DNA of 64,000 bases from Gemmatimonadaceae bacterium (GTDB lineage: Bacteria > Gemmatimonadota > Gemmatimonadetes > Gemmatimonadales > Gemmatimonadaceae): positions 1,191-65,190 of the forward strand of contig JBJMOA010000194.1 in NCBI GenBank assembly GCA_045803975.1, written 5' to 3'. A program made the position numbers and the translations under genes. Shown piece by piece: positions 33,941-42,724 of the stretch. Under the pieces are notes generated by a model. The model was not told the origin of the DNA. It was given only the letters and a program-made list of their open reading frames with translations, and did no database searches. Numbering within the stretch: the first letter of the stretch is position 1; each line of letters starts with the position of its first letter.

Positions 33941-35227
33941 ATGGTCAAGGTCTCCCGGATAGAACAAAACAGCATCGCTGACGAGCTCGGAATCCTTCCT
34001 GGAACCGAGCTGCTCAACGTAAATGGGCGACCTCTAGCCGACTTCCTCGACTGGGAATTCCTCACAGCAGATGAGGAGCTGGTTATCGAGGCTCGTCAGC
34101 CCGACGGTGAAGCCGTCATTTATGAGCTGGAGCGACTGGATGGCGAGCCGTTGGGAATCTTCCTCGAGCCGCCCACGGTGCGCCGGTGCGCGAACCGCTG
34201 CGAGTTCTGTTTTATCGAGGGCCTCCCAGTCGGACTGCGAAAGCCTCTCTACATTCGCGACGACGACTATCGCCTGTCGTTCGCCTACGGCAATTTTGCG
34301 ACGCTGTCGAACGTAAAAGAGCGCGACATCGAGCGAATCCTCGAGTATCGGCTATCACCACTGTACGTGTCGGTGCACGCTACGAATCACGAGGCACGCA
34401 AGGTTTTGCTCAACAACCAGCGCGTTCCCGACATCAAGGCGCAACTCTCGCGGCTCGCTGCGGGCGGGATCCGATTTCACTGCCAAATGGTGATTGTGCC
34501 GGGCCTAAACGATGAGGAAGTGCTCGAGGAGTCGCTCACTGATCTGTGGAATATGGGCGATGCGGTTCTCAGCGCGGCGGTCGTCCCTGTCGGACTCACC
34601 CAGTTTTCCCATCTCTACACGGGCAAAACGATGGACCGCGCGGCTGCACGCGCGATTCTGGCTCAGGTCGAGCGTTGGGGCGAGCGCGGTCTTCGTGAGC
34701 GCGGCGAAACGTGGGTATTTGGATCCGACGAGCTGTACATGCTCGCCGAGCGCGAATTGCCCGGTCCCGACCATTACGGCGAGTTCGCGCAGATCGAAAA
34801 TGGCGTCGGTGCGGTGACTTCCCTCCGAATGCGCATCGCCGCGGGCCTCGATCGCCTGACACGTCGTGAGGGGCAGAGGATCGGAGTAGTGACCGGTTTG
34901 GCGATGGCGCCGCTGATGCGAGAGCTTCTCGAAAAGCTGCAAGTCGCCACCGGCGCGAATTTCGACCTTATCGTCGCCGAGAATTCACTCTTCGGGCCGA
35001 CCATTACCACGGCAGGTCTGCTTGTCGGCAAAGACATCCTGACAGCACTCAAGGATCGTCACGATCTCGACATCGCGCTCATTCCCGCCGAGACGATCAA
35101 CGAAGAAAGGGTCTTCCTCGATGATTTCACGCTCGAGGCAGTTCGTCAGGCCCTGCCGATGCCGATCTTTCCCTCGTACGACTTCATCGATGCGCTTGAG
35201 TCGGAGCCGACCGGGGTTCTCGCGTGA
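33941..35227 (+). CDS. PDZ / radical-SAM-like / DUF512 protein of unknown function
   Basis: N-terminal PDZ-like segment, cysteine cluster CANRCEFCF, and a C-terminal DUF512-like region. Sits immediately upstream of der. Confidence 0.7.
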   Translation: MVKVSRIEQNSIADELGILPGTELLNVNGRPLADFLDWEFLTADEELVIEARQPDGEAVIYELERLDGEPLGIFLEPPTVRRCANRCEFCFIEGLPVGLRKPLYIRDDDYRLSFAYGNFATLSNVKERDIERILEYRLSPLYVSVHATNHEARKVLLNNQRVPDIKAQLSRLAAGGIRFHCQMVIVPGLNDEEVLEESLTDLWNMGDAVLSAAVVPVGLTQFSHLYTGKTMDRAAARAILAQVERWGERGLRERGETWVFGSDELYMLAERELPGPDHYGEFAQIENGVGAVTSLRMRIAAGLDRLTRREGQRIGVVTGLAMAPLMRELLEKLQVATGANFDLIVAENSLFGPTITTAGLLVGKDILTALKDRHDLDIALIPAETINEERVFLDDFTLEAVRQALPMPIFPSYDFIDALESEPTGVLA

Positions 35228-36531
35228 ATCTTCCCGTCGTTGCGCTAGTCGGACGGCCGAACGTCGGCAAATCCGCGCTATTTAATCGCATCATAGGCGA
35301 GAACAGCGCGATAGTCAGCGAAGAAGCGGGCACCACCCGCGACCGACATTTTGCGCGGGCGGAATGGAACGGCCGTCAATTCTGGCTTGTGGACACCGGA
35401 GGCCTGACGGACGATCCTCGCATTCCAATGGATGTCGAGATCAAGCGTCAGGTACTGCAGGCGATCGAGGAGTCGGACATCCTCATGCTCGTCGTGGATG
35501 CCAGGACCGGGCTGCACCCCAGCGATTCAAGAGTTGTCGAGCTCCTGCGAGAGGCGCGCAAACCGTGGGTTCTCGTCGCTAACAAAGTTGACGACCCGGC
35601 GAGCACGGACTTCTATGAATTCTACGAGCTCGGCGCCGGCGATCCTGTTCCGGTTTCTGCCCTCAACGGCAAGAACTCGGGGGACATGCTGGACGTACTG
35701 GTCGAACGAATTCCGACGGTGGCGGAAGAAATCCCGGAGGCGCTGCGTGTTGCCGTCGTCGGACGACCAAACGTGGGCAAGTCATCGCTGATAAATCGGC
35801 TCCTCGGCGAAGAGCGGCTCGTGGTAGCAGATGAAGCGGGCACCACGCGCGACGCCATCGACACGCCGATGACTTTTCACGGCCGCGAAATAATCTTCGT
35901 CGACACGGCTGGCCTTCGCCGCCAATCCAAAGTCGGCGAGGGCATCGAATTCTATTCGTCGCTACGCACGAGACGCGCGATCGAGCGTGCCGACATCTGC
36001 ATCCTCGTATTGGATGCCGTGGAGGGACTGCACAATCAGGATCTCAAGATTGCGGCGCTGGCCTGGGAAAGCGGTCGCGGTTTGGTCGTGGTAGTCAACA
36101 AGTGGGACCTCAAGGAAAAAGAGAACAACACGGCCGCGGCGTTCGAGAAGGAGGCGGGAGAGAAAGCGCCATTTCTGAAGTTCGTGCCTTTCGTTTTCAC
36201 CTCGGCGCTCAGTGGCCAACGGGTCACGAGAATCCTCGAGCTCATTCTCGAAGTCGATGTCGAGCGGCACAAGCGAATCAGCACCTCGCAGGTGAACACG
36301 ACGCTCGAGGAGATCGTTGGCAGACGCCAGCCACCGCAAGCCGCCGGCCGCGAAATCAAACTGAACTACGCCACGCAGGTCGAAACTGCGCCACCAGTAA
36401 TCGCCGTGTTCGGAAACAATCCCGAATTGGTTCAGGAGCATTACGTGCGATATCTCCACAACGGCTTTCGTGAGAAGTGGGGATTTCGTGGAAATCCGCT
36501 GCGCATCATCATGCGCCGCAAATCCGCGTAG
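35224..36531 (+). CDS. der: Ribosome-associated GTPase Der (EngA)
   Basis: Two tandem GTPase domains (GRPNVGKSALFN/DTGG/NKVD and GRPNVGKSSLIN/DTAG/NKWD) plus a KH-like C-terminus. Confidence 0.95.
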   Translation: MNLPVVALVGRPNVGKSALFNRIIGENSAIVSEEAGTTRDRHFARAEWNGRQFWLVDTGGLTDDPRIPMDVEIKRQVLQAIEESDILMLVVDARTGLHPSDSRVVELLREARKPWVLVANKVDDPASTDFYEFYELGAGDPVPVSALNGKNSGDMLDVLVERIPTVAEEIPEALRVAVVGRPNVGKSSLINRLLGEERLVVADEAGTTRDAIDTPMTFHGREIIFVDTAGLRRQSKVGEGIEFYSSLRTRRAIERADICILVLDAVEGLHNQDLKIAALAWESGRGLVVVVNKWDLKEKENNTAAAFEKEAGEKAPFLKFVPFVFTSALSGQRVTRILELILEVDVERHKRISTSQVNTTLEEIVGRRQPPQAAGREIKLNYATQVETAPPVIAVFGNNPELVQEHYVRYLHNGFREKWGFRGNPLRIIMRRKSA

Positions 36532-37146
36532 ATGGCGCCGATCGTCGGCGTCATCATCTCGTATCTCGCTGGCTCCATACCGTCGGCCTACATCGCGGGC
36601 AGGCTTCGCGGCGTCGACCTGCGCAAGCACGGCTCCGGAAACCTCGGGGCGACGAATGTTGCTCGAGTACTCGGGAGAAAGATCGGCGGCGCCGTCTTCG
36701 TGGCGGATTTTCTGAAGGGCTTCCTTCCCGTTTATTTATTGCCCGGCTACACCGAGACGCTTCGTCCGGATCTGTGGGCTCTGATTTTTGGGGCAGCCGC
36801 GATCCTTGGCCACGTCAAGCCGATTTTCCTGCTCGGCAAAGGGGGCGGGAAGGGCGTCGCAACCGCCGGTGGAGTGTTCATGGCACTCGCTTTCATCCCG
36901 GTACTGATCACGCAAATCGTCTGGCTCGTCGTCTTTTACGCGACGCGATACGTGAGTCTCGCGTCGCTTGTAAGCGCGGCGGTGCTGCCCATCGCGATAT
37001 ACCTGCTGCAGCGCAATCCCCAATCGCCGGTCTTCATCGCGAGCGTGGTTATTGTCGTCTTCGTGTTCTGGACTCACCGCGCGAACATTGCAAGGCTTCG
37101 TCGCGGCGAAGAGCATCGATTCGTAAAAAAGGAAACCGTCTCCTGA
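36532..37146 (+). CDS. plsY: Glycerol-3-phosphate acyltransferase PlsY
   Basis: YLAGSIPSAYI, HGSGNLGATN, GGKGVATAGG. Confidence 0.92.
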   Translation: MAPIVGVIISYLAGSIPSAYIAGRLRGVDLRKHGSGNLGATNVARVLGRKIGGAVFVADFLKGFLPVYLLPGYTETLRPDLWALIFGAAAILGHVKPIFLLGKGGGKGVATAGGVFMALAFIPVLITQIVWLVVFYATRYVSLASLVSAAVLPIAIYLLQRNPQSPVFIASVVIVVFVFWTHRANIARLRRGEEHRFVKKETVS

Positions 37147-38141
37147 TGCGCTGCGCTGTCGTCGGGGCGGGTGCATGGGGGACCGCGCTGGCTGACCTTC
37201 TCGCGCGCAACGGGCATGAGGTGCGGCTGTGGGCCTACGAGCCGGACGTGGTGCAGGCGATCAACGAAAAACACGAGAACACACGATTCCTTCGCGGGAA
37301 TGTACTGACGTCGTCGATCGAGGCGATTGGCGACGTCGGTCGCGCGGTTGAAGACGCTGAGCTGGTGACGATCGCGACACCGTCTCATGTCACCCGAGCG
37401 ATCGTGAAATCGGCCGCATCCGCCTTGGCACGTGGTGCTCCGCTAGTCGTCGCCACCAAAGGAATTGAGCACGGTACGCTCTGCCTGATGACGGAAATCG
37501 TGGAACAGGAGATCAGCGATGCAACCGTTGTCGCGCTCTCTGGACCCAGCTTCGCCAGCGAAGTCGCAACCTGCCAGCCAACAGCAGTCGTCGTTGCTTC
37601 CTCACAGCCGGACGCGGCCGCACAAACGCAGCGTGCGTTCAGCTCGCCCTATTTCCGCGCCTATACGCACACCGATGTGATCGGCGTGGAGCTCGGCGGC
37701 GCCCTCAAGAACGTCATGGCAGTGGCCACCGGCATAGCTGAAGGGCTTGGACTGGGCTTCAACGCGAGAGCAGCTCTCGTGACGCGCGGACTCGCCGAGA
37801 TGACCCGGCTGGGAGTAGCATTGGGCGCGCAGCAGAATACCTTCGCGGGTCTCGCCGGGCTCGGTGATCTCGTTCTGACGTGTACTGGCTCGCTCAGTCG
37901 CAACCGCGCGGTCGGAGTCGAAGTTGGCAAAGGTCGGACATTGGACGAAGTTCTCAAAGGCAGGGAAACCGTCGCGGAAGGTGTGGTCACCGCACAAAGC
38001 GCGCGCGAGCTTGCGGCGCGGGAGGGGGTTGAGATGCCAATAGTGGATACCGTGAATCGTGTGCTGTTCGAGGGTCAACCCGCGCGCAGCGCTATCGGCG
38101 CCCTCATGACGCGCGAGCTTCGCGCGGAGGTAGATCGATGA
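37146..38141 (+). CDS. gpsA: NAD(P)H-dependent glycerol-3-phosphate dehydrogenase
   Basis: VVGAGAWGTALA, GPSFA.EV, ALKNV.A, NRAVG. The ATG at 37146 overlaps the plsY stop. The 554-aa track ORF from 36477 is an out-of-frame artefact over plsY. Confidence 0.92.
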   Translation: MRCAVVGAGAWGTALADLLARNGHEVRLWAYEPDVVQAINEKHENTRFLRGNVLTSSIEAIGDVGRAVEDAELVTIATPSHVTRAIVKSAASALARGAPLVVATKGIEHGTLCLMTEIVEQEISDATVVALSGPSFASEVATCQPTAVVVASSQPDAAAQTQRAFSSPYFRAYTHTDVIGVELGGALKNVMAVATGIAEGLGLGFNARAALVTRGLAEMTRLGVALGAQQNTFAGLAGLGDLVLTCTGSLSRNRAVGVEVGKGRTLDEVLKGRETVAEGVVTAQSARELAAREGVEMPIVDTVNRVLFEGQPARSAIGALMTRELRAEVDR

Positions 38142-38515
38142 AGGCGAAAGAACCGGTGCAGGAGTTCTTCTCGATTGGGGATGTCTGTACGCTTACGGAC
38201 CTCAAGCCACACGTCCTTCGATACTGGGAAAGCCAGTTCAAGTTCCTGCACCCCGCAAAAAACCGATCAGGCAACCGGGTTTACCAGCGGCGGGAAATCG
38301 AGTTGATAATGCTCGTGAAACAGCTGCTGTATACCGAGAAATACACCATCGACGGCGCACGGCAGAAGATCGACGACTATCGAAAGAGTGGTGAGCTCCG
38401 CACGGTGGCGCGCGCGGCACTGGATTCGCAAGCCGTCGAATCGATGGAGAGCGATCTCCGCTCTATTCTGGCGATACTCGACGGACGGATCGAAGAGAAG
38501 GGAACCGAGACTTGA
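38138..38515 (+). CDS. MerR-family HTH transcriptional regulator (small, 125 aa)
   Basis: FSIGDVCTLTDLKPHVLRYWESQF...RSGNRVYQRREIELIMLVKQLLY is a classic MerR wHTH. Confidence 0.8.
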   Translation: MKAKEPVQEFFSIGDVCTLTDLKPHVLRYWESQFKFLHPAKNRSGNRVYQRREIELIMLVKQLLYTEKYTIDGARQKIDDYRKSGELRTVARAALDSQAVESMESDLRSILAILDGRIEEKGTET

Positions 38516-39189
38516 TCGAGCCGCTCGTAGTAATTGTGCCGGCATACAACGCCGAGCCGACGCTCGCGGGCGTCGTGAAGGGTGTACGTCGCAACCTGCC
38601 GGGCGCCCTGGTCATCGGCGTCGACGACGGATCGACCGACGGCACGCGGCAGCTTTTGAGGAGCGTCACGGACGACACCATCGAGTTCGACAAGAACCGG
38701 GGTAAGGGAGCCGCGCTGCGCGCCGCTTTTGATGCCGCCTTGCAAAAAGGCGCGTCAGCAGTCCTCACGATTGATTCGGATGGGCAGCACGATCCCGCGT
38801 TTGCGCCGGCAATCGTTGGCGCGCTCGATCACGCTGACATCGTCATTGGGACGCGCGACCTTTCCGGCAAGGCTGTGCCCAAACACCGCCGAATCGCCAA
38901 TATGATTTCCTCGGCGGCAACGCGGGCCGTGTCTGGCGGTAAGGTGCGTGACAGTCAATCCGGATATCGCGCAATCAAAGCGGAAGTACTACGGAAAGTT
39001 CACGCGGTCGGCGACCGCTACGAGTTCGAGACGGATTTCATCATCCGCGCTGCGCGGGCGGGCTTCACGACCGTCAACGTGCCCATCTCGACGATCTATG
39101 GATCGCCGAGCTACTTTCGCGAGTTTCGGGATGCGTGGCTGGTGATCAAAGTATTGTGGCGACACCGCGCAGGGATATTCAAGCGTTGA
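38512..39189 (+). CDS. Family 2 glycosyltransferase (soluble, 225 aa)
   Basis: VIVPAYNAE...VDDGSTDGT...DSDGQHDP (DxD region). TTG start overlaps the upstream stop. Confidence 0.75.
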   Translation: MIEPLVVIVPAYNAEPTLAGVVKGVRRNLPGALVIGVDDGSTDGTRQLLRSVTDDTIEFDKNRGKGAALRAAFDAALQKGASAVLTIDSDGQHDPAFAPAIVGALDHADIVIGTRDLSGKAVPKHRRIANMISSAATRAVSGGKVRDSQSGYRAIKAEVLRKVHAVGDRYEFETDFIIRAARAGFTTVNVPISTIYGSPSYFREFRDAWLVIKVLWRHRAGIFKR

Positions 39190-39947
39190 AACTCCTCTGT
39201 ACCAATGACGATGGAATACTCGCGTATGGCCTTGCCTGCCTGATTCAGGCGGCTGAACCACTTGGGGAAATCACGGTCGTCGCCCCCGACCGCGAGCAGA
39301 GCGCCACCAGCCATTCATTGACTCTTCACCATCCCATTCGTCCAATCGAGCGGGGAGAGCGACGCTATCAGGTGGACGGCACTCCGACTGATTGCGTGAT
39401 GCTGGCGGTCGAAGCGCTGATGCCGCAGCGCCCGGATTTTGTTTTAAGCGGCATCAACCACGGTCAGAACATGGGCGAGGACGTGCTCTACTCCGGCACC
39501 GTCGCCGCCGCGATGGAGGGTTTGTCGCTCGGCATTCCGTCAGTGGCGATTTCGTTCGCCGGCGGCGATCTCCGCGCAGATGTCACCATGCTGAGCGACC
39601 AAATCGAGCCACTGCGGAAGCTACTCGGTCACGTGCTCGCGCTCAGATCATTTCCCGAGAACACGCTGCTGAACATCAACCTGCCGCCATTACGGGGCGA
39701 CGACATCAAGGGCGTTCGCCTTACCCGGCTGGGTCGGAGGGTTTATTCGGATTCGCTCAAGCCGATGCAGGACCCGTGGGGCCGGCAGATATACTGGATC
39801 GGTGGCGGATCGATCGAGTGGTCCGGCGAGGAGACGTCGGACTTCCGCGCTATTCAGGAAGGCTACATCTCAGTCACACCATTGCACCTCGACCTCACTC
39901 ATCACGCCATGCTTGCTTCGGCGGAGCAGTGGTGGCAGCTGCCGTAG
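39186..39947 (+). CDS. surE: 5'/3'-nucleotidase SurE
   Basis: LLCTNDDGI, APDREQSATSHSLT, SGINHGQN, YSGTVAAAMEG. The proposed TTG start at 39186 overlaps the GT2 stop, so the start is uncertain. Confidence 0.88.
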   Translation: MKLLCTNDDGILAYGLACLIQAAEPLGEITVVAPDREQSATSHSLTLHHPIRPIERGERRYQVDGTPTDCVMLAVEALMPQRPDFVLSGINHGQNMGEDVLYSGTVAAAMEGLSLGIPSVAISFAGGDLRADVTMLSDQIEPLRKLLGHVLALRSFPENTLLNINLPPLRGDDIKGVRLTRLGRRVYSDSLKPMQDPWGRQIYWIGGGSIEWSGEETSDFRAIQEGYISVTPLHLDLTHHAMLASAEQWWQLP

Positions 39948-40591
39948 AGCACGAGTTCCGCGGTCCGCGGCGCAGGCTCGTCGAGCTATTACACGAGCAG
40001 GGAATCAAAGACCTCGCCGTTCTGCATGCGATAGATCTGACTCCCCGCCATCTCTTCGTGCCAACCGGCGTACGCCATCGCGCATATGAGGACTCGGCGC
40101 TTCCGATAGGGAGCGGACAAACTATTTCCCAGCCGTCAATTCACGCCCGGTATCTCGAGCTCTTGAAGCTGAAGGGAAGCGAGAAAGTACTCGAGATCGG
40201 AACCGGCTCCGGCTATCAGACGGCGCTGTTATCACACCTCGCGTCACAGGTTTTCTCAATCGAGCGGATCCCGGCATTGCTCGACAAAGCGCGCGAAACC
40301 ATTCGACAGATTGGCGCGAGAAATATTTCCTTCCTGCTCGGCGATGGGACGCTCGGCTGGCGGCAGTATGCGCCGTATGATGCTATACTCGTTGGCGCTG
40401 GAGCGCCGGAGGTACCGTCGACCTATCGCGAGCAGCTCACCGAAGGCGGACGTCTTTTGATCCCACTCGGCGATCGCGAAGAGCAGACTCTGTTCATGCT
40501 CACGCGGCATGGCGACGAGCTCGAACGGACTGAAATCGCGCCGGTGCGCTTTGTGCCGCTGCTGGGAAAATACAGCTGGGAGGGTATGTAG
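39932..40591 (+). CDS. pcm: Protein-L-isoaspartate O-methyltransferase
   Basis: GQTISQPSI, LEIGTGSGYQTALL, VPLLG. The proposed GTG start at 39932 is uncertain. The track extension to 39392 overlaps surE out of frame. Conserved surE-pcm synteny. Confidence 0.88.
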   Translation: MAAAVEHEFRGPRRRLVELLHEQGIKDLAVLHAIDLTPRHLFVPTGVRHRAYEDSALPIGSGQTISQPSIHARYLELLKLKGSEKVLEIGTGSGYQTALLSHLASQVFSIERIPALLDKARETIRQIGARNISFLLGDGTLGWRQYAPYDAILVGAGAPEVPSTYREQLTEGGRLLIPLGDREEQTLFMLTRHGDELERTEIAPVRFVPLLGKYSWEGM

Positions 40592-41304
40592 TGCCCGAGT
40601 CACCACAACGTCCGTTCGTCCCACATCGCACGCCGCGATCAGCCGCCGATGCGGTAACGCCGACTGAATTCAGGTTAGCGCCACCTTTTGTGCCCTCGTC
40701 GAAAACGCAGCTCGCCGACTCGTTCCGGGATGCGTCAGCGACGACTCAGCGCGGGAACGAACCCACCATACGGTTGCGACCGATCGAAGAATTTCTCGAC
40801 TTCTCCGCGGCTACCGGGAGACCTGCTGGACAGGCGCGCGACGACCAGCGCGCTGACCCCGAGACCGGCGACGAAACAGACGAGCTTCCCCCGCTTGAGC
40901 ACTTCCTCGACCCGCTGCCCCCCATTACGACCTTTGAGGCGGAAGGGGACTACGGACACGTACGGGCTGGAGGTGAAGACGCATCGCCCAGAACGGCTGA
41001 GCACGCGGTGGAGTCAGAGTGGGGCGAGACCGACTGGCAACAATTCGATTGGCGGGCCGCTGCTCGGTTGGGAGAAACCGCGGAGACGGAGGCCACCAAT
41101 GCGTGGGCGACGACCGACTGGGAGGCAGGCGCTCGAGTCGCGAAGGAAAACCGTCCGACCGCAGCCCAGGCGATCGCGACAGCGCTCGACCAAATCGCTC
41201 AAAAAATCAGGGATGGTGAGCTGGCGGTTCCTGCGCCTGGGGCGATGACAGATCCTGCTACGATCGCATCCACTCTCGCCGCGTTGCTCGGAATCAAACG
41301 TTAG
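40591..41304 (+). CDS. Acidic, Trp-rich hypothetical protein (237 aa), probably largely disordered
   Basis: High GC3 in this frame. The GTG overlaps the pcm stop. Internal repeats IEEFLDF / LEHFLDP and WGETDWQQFDW / WATTDWEAG. No family recognised. Confidence 0.6.
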   Translation: MPESPQRPFVPHRTPRSAADAVTPTEFRLAPPFVPSSKTQLADSFRDASATTQRGNEPTIRLRPIEEFLDFSAATGRPAGQARDDQRADPETGDETDELPPLEHFLDPLPPITTFEAEGDYGHVRAGGEDASPRTAEHAVESEWGETDWQQFDWRAAARLGETAETEATNAWATTDWEAGARVAKENRPTAAQAIATALDQIAQKIRDGELAVPAPGAMTDPATIASTLAALLGIKR

Positions 41305-41312
41305 CAGGGCAA

Positions 41313-41588
41313 ATGGAGAGGATTCACCTCGAGGTCAGTGGGCGTGTGCAGGGTGTCGGATTCCGATGGTACGTCGTCGAGAAAGCTCGTGAGCTTGAGC
41401 TGGCCGGCTGGGTGAGGAACCGATCCGACGGTGTCGTGGAGGTCGCGGCAGGCGGACAGCGGGACGCCCTGGCAAAACTGGAAAACGCAGTGAATGAAGG
41501 ACCGCCGGGCGCTCTAGTGCAGCAAGTTCGCAGGGTTGACAGCGTTCAATCAGACTCGCTTCCGAAGCCGTTCAAAATAGTTCGGTAA
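41313..41588 (+). CDS. acyP: Acylphosphatase
   Basis: VSGRVQGVGFRWYV plus GWVRN..DG.VE, 91 aa. Confidence 0.9.
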   Translation: MERIHLEVSGRVQGVGFRWYVVEKARELELAGWVRNRSDGVVEVAAGGQRDALAKLENAVNEGPPGALVQQVRRVDSVQSDSLPKPFKIVR

Positions 41589-41686
41589 GCGTTGGCGAGC
41601 ACTTCTTGGAGCAACCGTCGGTGTGTAAATTCCGGCGTGAATCCGCCGGCAATCTCCTTCCGCCGACGATCCGGGATGTGATTCAA

Positions 41687-41760
41687 GCCCCCGTAGCTCA
41701 GGTGGATAGAGCAGCGGTTTCCTAAACCGTTGGCCGGGTGTTCGAGTCACCCCGGGGGCA
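41687..41760 (+). tRNA. tRNA-Arg (anticodon CCT), CCA not encoded
   Basis: Acceptor gcccccg/cgggggc, D arm tagctcaggtggatagagc, anticodon stem gcggt/accgt with loop t-t-CCT-a-a, T arm gggtg-ttcgagt-caccc, discriminator a. Confidence 0.88.
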
Positions 41761-41796
41761 CTCGCTCACGTCACCCGCACCTCCGCAAACCAAATC

Positions 41797-42459
41797 ATGA
41801 CAACACCGAACGTTCCTGCACGCGGCCGCTACGGCGCCGACGACGAGTCATTTATGGAGTGGGCCACGCTCCACAAGCAGAAGCTCACATGGGCCGTAAT
41901 CGCGCTGGCCGTGATCGTCGGGGGCTTGTGGTTCTTCAAGCGCTCTCAGAGTCTCAAGGCGCAACGGGCGGAGAGCGCCTACTTCCAGGCGCGGCAGTCG
42001 GCGGCGGCGGGGAACCTACCCCTGGCGATCTCGGACCTCCAAAAGGTCGTCACTCGATACGAAGGGACTCCCGGCGGGACCCAGGCAGCGCTGACGCTCG
42101 CCCAAGCCTACTACGGGCAGAAAAAGTTCAAGGAGGGTCTGGCGGTCTTGAAAAAGGCCGAAGAAAAGGCGCCGGACGATTTTCGGGCCGCCGTTCACGT
42201 TCTCGAAGCCGCAGGACATGAGGAATTGAAGGAGCACGTCCAAGCGGCTGAGCAATATGCCGAGGCGGCTAGGGTGACGAGGTTCCCGGCGGACAAAGCG
42301 GACTACCGCGCTGCAGCCGCGCGCAGTTACGTAGCTGCCGGAAAGACCGCCGAGGCGAAGGCGATCTGGACGGACTTGGTGAAGGATGAGGCGAGCCCGG
42401 TCGCGCCCGAGGCGCGTATTCGGCTTGGAGAGCTAGAGGCGAAGCCCGTCAAAATCTGA
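41797..42459 (+). CDS. Membrane-anchored tetratricopeptide-repeat protein (YfgM-like topology)
   Basis: One N-terminal TM segment (LTWAVIALAVIVGGLWFF) followed by TPR-like helices (AQAYYGQKKFKEGLAVLKKA...). Confidence 0.65.
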   Translation: MTTPNVPARGRYGADDESFMEWATLHKQKLTWAVIALAVIVGGLWFFKRSQSLKAQRAESAYFQARQSAAAGNLPLAISDLQKVVTRYEGTPGGTQAALTLAQAYYGQKKFKEGLAVLKKAEEKAPDDFRAAVHVLEAAGHEELKEHVQAAEQYAEAARVTRFPADKADYRAAAARSYVAAGKTAEAKAIWTDLVKDEASPVAPEARIRLGELEAKPVKI

Positions 42460-42485
42460 TCGTTTGGATAATTAGATCGGGACAG

Positions 42486-42511
42486 AGCCGCGCTTGACGC
42501 GGCTTTGTTTT
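42486..42511 (+). terminator. Rho-independent terminator after the TPR gene
   Basis: agccgcg-cttga-cgcggct 7-bp GC stem followed by ttgtttt. Confidence 0.7.
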
Positions 42512-42724
42512 GGGCCATGAACACGGTCGAACCGCTCGCTCCGGCGTATATGCGTATAAGATATGTTATGTAAACTACACCCGCCCGTTAAATGTGGAGA
42601 AGTGGGTTTCTATCCACTCCTCCACTCCCAAGTCTGCTCGCACAAACCGTTTTAGCGCTGCGGTCTAGAAACCGCTTGAGCGGCGTTCCTGCCGACACCA
42701 GCTCGACCAAGCGGCGACAGTCTG

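Noticed and set aside
36477-37145. N-terminal 220 codons of the 554-aa ORF ending as gpsA
   Set aside because: This part is out of frame over plsY and Arg/Ser-rich. The GpsA Rossmann motif begins right after the ATG at 37146, which overlaps the plsY stop.
42517-42573. 18-codon ORF (MNTVEPLAPAYMRIRYVM) in the convergent intergenic region
   Set aside because: It has no SD and its codon usage is atypical for the genome. It is too short to support without conservation or ribosome-profiling data.
41687-42724. tRNA-Arg followed by an AT-rich patch as a possible genomic-island integration site
   Set aside because: Only one ordinary TPR gene lies between them. There is no integrase, and I found no repeat of the tRNA 3' end. 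The AT-rich patch is reported separately as an unexplained intergenic region.
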